DNA of 64,000 bases from Amoebophrya sp. A120. Taxonomy: Eukaryota; Protista; Dinoflagellata. The stretch lies in NCBI GenBank assembly GCA_905178155.1, contig CAJINV010000002.1, positions 9,489,087-9,553,086 of the forward strand, written 5' to 3'. Shown one piece after another: positions 61,201 through 64,000 of the stretch. Position 1 is the stretch's first letter. Each line of letters starts with the position of its first letter. The notes beneath the pieces are model-generated. The model did not search any database, had not been told where the DNA came from, and saw nothing but the letters and a program-made list of their open reading frames with translations. The position numbers and the translations under genes are program-made.

Positions 61201-62497
61201 TGACAAACTGCGTCTCCGCATGACAGAGAAAAACGTCTCTTGGGCAATGTGCATGACAGATTTAAGAGTCATGCCAGACAAGCATGACAAACATGCATTC
61301 TTCCAGACCCAGACATTTTTACATTTGATAGGTGTCCTTGCACAGCAACAACACCGCGTTGCGCGTCGAAACCAGGAACCGACCTCGCGGCGTCCACGTG
61401 TACCTGAGAAGTAGAGCGCGTCGTCGGGGTATTGACTAACTTCTATTAAAGTGGCACAAGTATGTTTGTACTAGATTCCACTTTTCCACACTGAAGGAGA
61501 CCGCAGATTGCACAAACCAAGCGACTAAACAAGTGGGTGCGCTTCCTTGCGGCCCCGTTGACGTCGGCTAAAAGTAAAAACAAAACCCTGTATCAGTACC
61601 CTTCGAGCGGTGCGAGCATCTCGGAATCGCCCAACTCCGGGATGCTGTTATCGCAGATGGTGACGATGTAACGCTTGAACCGCCGGGCTATACGCACCAG
61701 CTGGCACACTCGCCGGGCGCTGTTGCAGAGAAATACTCGGTCCTTGTCCAGCGGCGAAACGAAAAGCCGGTCCACCTGGTACCGCTGCAGCGCAGTTACG
61801 TTTTCACATCCGGGGAGCAAGCTGCCGTCCGCCGTGCTGTAGATCAGCAGCTTCGTGGCGGTCCTGTTTTGGTTTTTCTCTTTTGCAGAAGCTCTACCTT
61901 TACCTTTAGTACTTGGAAAAGTGAATACTAAAAATGCAACGTGGTTGCGCAACCTCCAGCCAAAGACGAACTAAACCGGAGATGGCTGACGAGCGACTTC
62001 TGCATGCATAGTGTATGTTTGGCCACGGAATTGCCGCTCCCGAGTTCATCTCACACGAGGGCACTTGCCGGACGAGAAGCAACCGCAACCAACGAACCGG
62101 ATAACATCAAATCAGCAATTCCAAATCCTTACGAGCTTTTCCCCAGCGCAAAGAGCCTGGATGCGCAGGCGGAAAATTGTAGGTCGGGGATATCGAGCTC
62201 CGCCGCTTTTGGGATGACGAACTCGAGAGCACGGTTTTTGAAAACGTAGATGCAGGGAAAGATGCCGCTGGTCGCCAGCGCGACGTAGGGACCGGTCGCG
62301 GCGAGGCATTTCGCGGCAAAAACGCCCTCGGGGAGGGGCACGAACTCCCGAGTCTCCGTCGCGGTATCGAAAAAGCACAGGTGCCGCCCCGCAACGTACA
62401 CAACCGTGCTGGTGCCGCAGAAGGCACAGCTCAGCAAGCTCGGCGTGCTGGTGTAGTGCAGCGCCGCACTCGTGAAGATGCTCTTGGGCGCCGTCAT
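52245..62497 (-). CDS. CFAP43: Cilia- and flagella-associated protein 43 (WDR96)-like, multi-exon
   Basis: N-terminal beta-propeller-like exons and C-terminal coiled coil; LKQ|GQVEV..DYSDA..GEKV..EFRKKI..RVTK and terminal ELDRLRQKTFP resemble CFAP43; five introners plus GT-AG introns. Confidence 0.8.
53203..53840 (-). other. Canonical GT-AG intron (638 bp) in CFAP43
   Basis: AAGCAG|gtagaa...aaaacag|GGGCAA restores LKQGQVEV. Confidence 0.85.
53310..53730. repeat. Intronic minisatellite, 16-bp core ggagcgcactacttaa
   Basis: About 6 near-perfect tandem copies at ~53395-53500, flanked by degenerate gagttaatcagcgcactacttaag copies. Confidence 0.9.
54722..54983. mobile_element. Introner, TIR type A, 262 bp (reverse orientation to 35447 and 44532)
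   Basis: TIR tatcaaatgcaaaaatgtctgggtctggaaga; TSD aacag/tacag. Confidence 0.9.
57344..57827. repeat. Intronic cluster of ~20 short palindromes CCTTC(A/T)GAAGG
   Basis: cttcagaag, cttctgaag and cttcaggaag repeated with A/T-tract spacers. Confidence 0.85.
60089..60398. mobile_element. Introner, TIR type A variant, 310 bp, with internal hairpin/duplication
   Basis: TIR tatg...tg.aaatatgtctgggtctggaa; TSD tctcc. Confidence 0.91.
60443..60651. mobile_element. Introner, TIR type F, 209 bp
   Basis: TIR tat.caagaaaaaaactgtgt.agtgtaact; TSD gcttc; removal gives NGNTKQYFVYW. Confidence 0.92.
60733..61007. mobile_element. Introner, TIR type C, 275 bp
   Basis: tatcctatgtaaaaacgtccccac / gtgggtacatttttgctcaggata; TSD gtagc. 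Confidence 0.92.
61079..61330. mobile_element. Introner, TIR type A, 252 bp
   Basis: tatggagtgtaaaaatgtctgggtctggaa / ttccagacccagacatttttacatttgata; TSD ggtgt. Confidence 0.93.
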
Positions 62498-63477
62498 TTC
62501 CAAAACGGGAGAGGATGCACAGATCCTAGTTGTACACTTCTGCTCCTAGAACCACATCCTGCCTGCCTTCTCTGGAACGCGAGGCCCGCGCGCCATGCTG
62601 CTGCCTTGTTGCAATACGGATTCGACAGTATCAAATTGCTTTTGTTTTCTTCCTCATGCGAAGCAGCGATATATCTATCACGTTTAAAAATATTCCAGTG
62701 GACTTCTGCAGTTGCGCGCTTTTCGCTGGGGATTGACGCAGTGAAATGTTCGGAATACGGCGTGGAGTAGAAGTTAGAGAGACCAGGGACTTGAAGTGAG
62801 CCCACAGATCAGAGTGCGTAGTTTTGTCAACGATTAGAAACAGAGAAGGCATGAACGAGCAGCACGAGAATGCAAGGCCCTTCTTGTTCAACGAGACGAC
62901 AACGCCAAGGCGCGACGATGTACAGCCTCTCCTCTCACTTCTCGCGCTCCTACAACAGGTTCTCCACGACAGTGGTTCACGTTTCGCTCAGCACCCTCTA
63001 GCTCGCTCTCGAGTTTTGAAGTCACGATAAGTTCATCAAATAGAGACGACGCAGGACGCAAATAAATAAAAGTAGCAAGCGATAGATTACAAGCAGGAGG
63101 TGGGATGCACGATGGTAACCGCATAAAACTAAACGGAAACGGACCGAGCCGTTTCCGCGTCTTCTGGCGCAGCCACATTTTCGGCTTCCCGGTATCGGCC
63201 ACGGCTCCCGGGTATCGGCGATCTCCGGCCGCCGAGAGCAGAGTGCTTTTGCCTCCCGCCCTCGCATGCAAGCGGCGATGGGAGAGTGCGACAGGGTCCG
63301 TGTGGGAAGCACCCGGAAAGACTACCCGCGGTGGCTGTTATCATACTGCGCACGCCGCCCCGGAGCCCCAACCACACGACAGGCCGGATGTCTGCCCGTG
63401 TAGGATCAGGAAAAGCGCGCGCTCTACTGAAATCGCACGACCGCGGTGGGCCTACGAACAGGCCGGAGGCTCAAAAG

Positions 63478-64000
63478 AGAGCCGGGACCAGGTGCTAAGG
63501 AGCACCGGGACCCGGTGCTGCGGAGCGCCGGGACCCGGTGCGGAGGAGCGCCGGGACCAGGTGCCGAGGAGCGCCGGGACCCGATGCTGAGGAGCGCCGG
63601 GACCCGGTGCTGCGGAGCGCCGGGACCCGGTGCTGAGGGGCGCCGGGACCCGGGCGGAGGAGCGCCGGGGCCGGCACTACGAATTGCAAAAAGGAGCGCC
63701 GGGACCAGGTGCTAAGGAGCGCCGGGACCCGGTGCTGAAGAGCGCCGGGACCGGGACTACAAATTGCAAAAAGGAGCGCCGGGACCAGGTGCTAAGGAGC
63801 GCGGGGACCCGGTGCTGCGGAGCGCCGGGACCCGGTGCTGAGGAGCGCCGGGACCGGGAGTACAAATTGCAAAAAGGAGCGCCGGGGCCAGGTGCTAAGG
63901 AGCGCCGGGACCCGGTGCTGAGGAGCGCCGGGGCCGGTGCTGCGGAGCGCCGGGACCAGGTGCCGAGGAGCGCCGGGACCCGATGCTGAGGAGCGAAGGG
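63478..64000. repeat. GC-rich 23-bp minisatellite running off the window end
   Basis: ggagcgccgggacc(c/a)ggtgct(gc/ga/aa) about 20 times, with three longer units containing tac.aattgcaaaaa. Confidence 0.95.

Noticed and set aside
63446-63989. ORFs with GAPGPGA repeats (collagen-like)
   Set aside because: Arise from a 23-bp unit that is not a multiple of 3 and is open in several frames
1-64000. Autonomous transposase, tRNA/rRNA genes, or relic dinoflagellate spliced leader (CCGTAGCCATTTTGGCTCAAG)
   Set aside because: None recognised by eye; only short chance matches such as tggctcaaa. A proper search was not possible.

Overview
Eukaryotic genomic DNA. The architecture (all recognisable genes on the minus strand, ~250-bp TIR+TSD non-canonical introns, fused aromatic-pathway gene) fits the parasitic dinoflagellate Amoebophrya or a relative (inference, no search run). 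The main feature is one 13.7-kb gene (5771-19518, minus). After removing 9 MITE-like introner elements and 1 GT-AG intron it reads as one ~3,756-aa ORF with the order TrpE(N)-[class I DAHP synthase]-TrpE(C)-TrpG-TrpA-TrpF-TrpB-TrpD-TrpC. This is the whole chorismate-to-Trp pathway plus the shikimate entry enzyme, inserted in frame inside anthranilate synthase. I mapped 23 introner elements (151-355 bp, about 7 TIR types). All start with TAT, 22 end with ATA, and all have a 5-bp target duplication (imperfect in two). Removing the element plus one duplicate restores the reading frame at every junction, yet none gives GT-AG in any register, and related copies sit in both orientations. Other genes: iGluR-like channel, MTH1/NUDT1-like Nudix hydrolase, putative O-methyltransferase, a signal-peptide protein with ParB-like and PAM2-like motifs, a LanC-like protein lacking Zn ligands, a DUF2306-like membrane protein, CFAP43. 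GC-rich satellites sit at both window ends. All calls come from manual reading and motif recall.
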